From an uncultured Staphylococcaceae bacterium (GTDB lineage: Bacteria; Bacillota_I; Bacilli_A; ML615J-28; CAG-313), in contig CAYVQA010000002.1 in NCBI GenBank assembly GCA_964453965.1, positions 1-42,545 on the forward strand: a DNA stretch of 42,545 nt, given 5' to 3'. Positions 39,215 to 42,545 of this stretch are shown piece after piece. The notes beneath the pieces are model-generated. The model was not told the origin of the DNA, ran no database searches, and saw only the letters and a program-made list of their open reading frames with translations. The stretch's first letter is position 1; every line of letters starts with the position of its first letter. Position numbers and translations under genes: made by a program.

Positions 39215-40885
39215 GTGGAAAAACACACAATAAACGGTATAACCTATAAAGAAATGGTTATAAATGGTTGCGCAAATTTGAAACTTAATTATAAAGCGGT
39301 TGATGCTTTAAATGTATTTCCAGTTCCTGATGGCGACACAGGTACTAATATGCGTATGACTATTGAAGCCGGCGTAAACGAAATTAAGAATGTAGACGAA
39401 GAATCAATATACGATATAGCAAAGAAATTTTCAAGAGGAATGTTAATGGGAGCTAGAGGTAACTCTGGTGTTATCCTTTCACAATTATTTAGAGGCATTT
39501 ATAAAGGTTTAGCAGGATTTACAGAAGTAAATGCGGTTGAACTAGGCAAAGCATTTGAATCAGGCGTTGCACAAGCATATAAAGCAGTTATGAAACCAGT
39601 TGAAGGTACAATTTTAACTGTTGCAAGAGAAGCAACTGAAGTTGTTAATAAAAAAGTAAATGAAAATATGTCAATTCAAGAATTCTTTGAAGTTTTACTT
39701 GCAGAAGCAAGAGCTTCACTTGAAAGAACACCAGATCTATTGCCAGTATTAAAAGAATCAAATGTAGTCGATAGTGGTGGCGCAGGATATATTTATATTC
39801 TCGAAGGAATGTTAAAAGCATTAAAGGGCGAAACTATCCATGTTGGTGGTGGTGTTCAAACTAATTCTGTTGGCTTAAAATATACATTTAATGCGGATAG
39901 TGTCTTAGAATATGGATACTGCACAGAATTTATTTTACAATTACAAAATGCTAAAGTAAGTGATATTGCAAATTTTGATCCACAAGAAATTATTGATTAT
40001 TTAAATAGTATGGGCGATAGTATTGTATGTGTACGTGATGAAGACTTAGTTAAAGTTCATGTTCATACAAAAAAGCCTGGTGAAATCTTAAATTTCGCAC
40101 AAAAATATGGTGAATTTTTAACTATTAAAATTGAAAATATGCAAGTCCAACATACTGAACTTGTTAGTGTTGAAGAATGTAGTTGTCCAGAATGTGTTGA
40201 AAAACGTAAACAAGCTACACATAAAAAATGGGCAATCGTGATGGTCGCAAGTGGTGATGGTCTAACAGAAACATTTAAAGAAATGGGCGTTGACTATGTT
40301 GTATCTGGTGGCCAAAGCATGAATCCATCTGCTGATGATTTTGTAAAGGGATTTGATGAATTAGATGCGGAAAATATTTTAGTTTTCCCTAATAATGGAA
40401 ATATCATTATGGCAGCTGAACAAGCCGCAAAATATTATAATAAAACAAACGTCTATGTTATTCCTACTAAATCAATTGCACAAGGTTATTCAGCCCTTGC
40501 AATGCTTGATACAAGTAGTGATGATATTGAAGTAATTAAACAAGAAACAAAAGAAGTAATTGATAATGTAACAACAGGATTAATAACTTATTCAATCCGT
40601 GATGCGGAAATCGATGATTTACAAATTAAAGCAGGAGATTTTATGGGCTTATGCAATGGTAAAATTGTATCAAGCGAAACAGACAAATTAGCCGCAATCG
40701 AAAAATTACTTGCTACTGCAAATACTAATGAAAAGGAATTAGTAACAATTATTTATGGACACGATGTAACTGATGAAGAATTAAATCAAGTTTTAGAATT
40801 AATTGCAACTAATTATCCAGAAGTTGAAGTAGAACAAATTAATGGTGGTCAAGAAATTTATAGTTATATTTTATCAATTGAATAA
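39215..40885 (+). CDS. yloV: DAK2 domain fusion protein (YloV family)
   Basis: 556 aa. The N-terminal Dak2 motifs are NVFPVPDGDTGTNM and GARGNSGVILSQ, and the C-terminal half is DegV-like. GTG start with a GAAGGAGA RBS. The position between rpmB and recG matches Bacillus. Confidence 0.88.
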   Translation: MEKHTINGITYKEMVINGCANLKLNYKAVDALNVFPVPDGDTGTNMRMTIEAGVNEIKNVDEESIYDIAKKFSRGMLMGARGNSGVILSQLFRGIYKGLAGFTEVNAVELGKAFESGVAQAYKAVMKPVEGTILTVAREATEVVNKKVNENMSIQEFFEVLLAEARASLERTPDLLPVLKESNVVDSGGAGYIYILEGMLKALKGETIHVGGGVQTNSVGLKYTFNADSVLEYGYCTEFILQLQNAKVSDIANFDPQEIIDYLNSMGDSIVCVRDEDLVKVHVHTKKPGEILNFAQKYGEFLTIKIENMQVQHTELVSVEECSCPECVEKRKQATHKKWAIVMVASGDGLTETFKEMGVDYVVSGGQSMNPSADDFVKGFDELDAENILVFPNNGNIIMAAEQAAKYYNKTNVYVIPTKSIAQGYSALAMLDTSSDDIEVIKQETKEVIDNVTTGLITYSIRDAEIDDLQIKAGDFMGLCNGKIVSSETDKLAAIEKLLATANTNEKELVTIIYGHDVTDEELNQVLELIATNYPEVEVEQINGGQEIYSYILSIE

Positions 40886-40908
40886 AATTTGATTAAATAA
40901 AATGGTAC

Positions 40909-40930
40909 GGTGAAGTTTAAAAGCTTCACC
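40909..40930 (+). terminator. weak hairpin after yloV
   Basis: GGTGAAG / CTTCACC stem with an 8-nt loop and a poor T-tract (TTATCT). Confidence 0.35.
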
Positions 40931-40956
40931 TTATCTAATATTATAGGAGGAAATGG

Positions 40957-42545
40957 ATGAAAGTGATTAATTTAGCTGATGAAAGTTATATTCTTACAAG
41001 ATATAAAACAATCTTAAAAAAACTAAATATATTAACAGTTAATGATATTTTTAATACTTTTCCAACTAAATATGATGATTATACATTAACTCCTCATCAA
41101 GATATTGTTTCTTTAGAACAAGAACATATCGTTTTAGAAGGTACAGTTTGTAGTAGGGTATCAGTCACATATTTAAAAAGTAAGCTAACATCTGTTGTTT
41201 TTAACATTAATGTAGAAACAACATCAAAACCAATAAATATTCGTTGTACAATATTTAATCGGGCTTTTTTAAAAGATAAATTGAAATTTGGAACGGTAGT
41301 TAGGTTAACAGGACATTTCTATCAAAATTTCAATAATTTTACAGTTGCGGACTTAATAATTAGAAATGAAATAAATAAAGACATTGTACCAATATATAAA
41401 ATAAAAGAAATTAGCCAAAATAAATATTTAGAAATTGTCGAACAAGTATACCGAAAATATAAAAATACAATTGAAGAAACTTTGCCAAGTGATTTAATAA
41501 AAAAACGAAATTTATTATCAAGAAAAGAAACAATTAAAAAAATGCACTTTCCTGAACAATTAAACGAAATAGAAAATGCAAAATATCGTGTTAAATATGA
41601 AGAATTACTTAGATATCAATTATCAATGAAATATCTTCATTATATGCGTGAAAGTACATCATATGAAGAAATAAATTATCAGGAAGAACAAATAAAAAAA
41701 CTAATTGACAACTTAGAATTTGAATTAACATTAGATCAACAAAAAGTAATAAAAGAAATTTTAAAAGATTTAAAAGCTCCATATTTGATGAATCGTCTTT
41801 TACAAGGTGAAGTTGGAAGTGGAAAAACAATTGTTGCATTTGTAAGTATCTTAGCAGTATGTAGTGCTAATTATCAAGCAGTATTAATGTGCCCGACGGA
41901 AATATTAGCCAAGCAACATTATGAATCAATTAAAGAGACATTAAAAAATTTTGACTTTATTAAGCCGGCATTATTGATTGGATCAACGAAAGAAAAACAG
42001 GAAATATATGATGCAATCAAAGAACAAAAAGTGAATGTAATAATTGGTACACATGCTTTATTTCAAAAAGATGTCGAATATAAAAAATTAGGCTTAGTAG
42101 TTGCGGACGAAGAACATCGCTTTGGTGTTCAACAGCGTGTTTTACTTAGAAGTAAAGGGTTGGATGTAAATTATTTAAAAATGAGCGCAACACCAATTCC
42201 TAGAACACTAGCTATCGCCGCATATGGAGATTCTGACATTTCCATTATCAAAACAATGCCAAAATTTAGAAAGCCAGTTATTACAAAATATGTTAATAAA
42301 AAAGAAAAAAATCTAGTTATTGAACATATGAAAGAAGAAATTAAAGCCGGACATCAAATTTATGTGGTAACTCCATTAATTGAAGAATCAGAATCAATCG
42401 ACACAGCAAATGCGTTAGAAATTTTTGAAAATATGAAAAAGTATTTTAAAGGAATAACTGAAGTAGGATTAGTTCATGGTAGATTAAAAACAACAGAAAA
42501 AGACGAAGTTATTAATCGCTTTATCAATAATGAAATTGGAATTTT
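40957..42545 (+). CDS. recG: ATP-dependent DNA helicase RecG, N-terminal ~529 codons (open at window end)
   Basis: AGGAGG RBS 6 nt before ATG 40957. The frame stays open to the window end. It has a wedge/OB N-terminus, FELTLDQQKVIKEI, Walker A LQGEVGSGKT and DEEHRFGV. It is absent from the ORF track because there is no stop codon in the window. Confidence 0.9.
   Translation, partial: MKVINLADESYILTRYKTILKKLNILTVNDIFNTFPTKYDDYTLTPHQDIVSLEQEHIVLEGTVCSRVSVTYLKSKLTSVVFNINVETTSKPINIRCTIFNRAFLKDKLKFGTVVRLTGHFYQNFNNFTVADLIIRNEINKDIVPIYKIKEISQNKYLEIVEQVYRKYKNTIEETLPSDLIKKRNLLSRKETIKKMHFPEQLNEIENAKYRVKYEELLRYQLSMKYLHYMRESTSYEEINYQEEQIKKLIDNLEFELTLDQQKVIKEILKDLKAPYLMNRLLQGEVGSGKTIVAFVSILAVCSANYQAVLMCPTEILAKQHYESIKETLKNFDFIKPALLIGSTKEKQEIYDAIKEQKVNVIIGTHALFQKDVEYKKLGLVVADEEHRFGVQQRVLLRSKGLDVNYLKMSATPIPRTLAIAAYGDSDISIIKTMPKFRKPVITKYVNKKEKNLVIEHMKEEIKAGHQIYVVTPLIEESESIDTANALEIFENMKKYFKGITEVGLVHGRLKTTEKDEVINRFINNEIGI

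Overview
This is a very AT-rich chromosomal segment from an endospore-forming low-GC Firmicute. It uses the standard code, with TGA as a stop. Nearly all of it is core housekeeping, mostly on the + strand. In order it contains: the ackA 3' end; a three-gene orphan block (179-aa protein, DUF3737-like beta-helix protein, 227-aa protein); two tandem paralogous tail-anchored surface proteins with beta-propeller-like repeats; dnaE, a ROK kinase, pgcA, pgi and tgt; and a large chimeric lipoprotein (Listeria-Bacteroides repeat + S/T-rich module + GLUG repeats). Next comes a remodelled dcw/sporulation cluster: uppP, ftsW/spoVE, murG, murB, a cotJA/B fusion and cotJC, then convergent asd and aspartokinase on the - strand, then ftsZ (no ftsA or divIB), spoIIGA, sigE and sigG. 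After that come gpmI, a membrane protein, eno, lgt (-) and an orphan 253-aa gene. The window ends with the Bacillus-type ylo cluster: rsmB, hpt, ppiB, rlmN, rsgA, rpe and thiN on +, spoVM and rpmB on -, then yloV and the 5' part of recG on +. I saw no rRNA, tRNA, CRISPR array, transposase, integrase, or recognisable defence or toxin-antitoxin module, so I do not claim a novel multi-gene system. The most notable items are: (1) an unlisted 27-codon spoVM orthologue with a sigma-E-type promoter; (2) a full-length murB whose first 97 codons contain no ATG/GTG/TTG start; (3) the paralogous surface-protein pair; (4) the chimeric lipoprotein; (5) the ftsA-less ftsZ locus.
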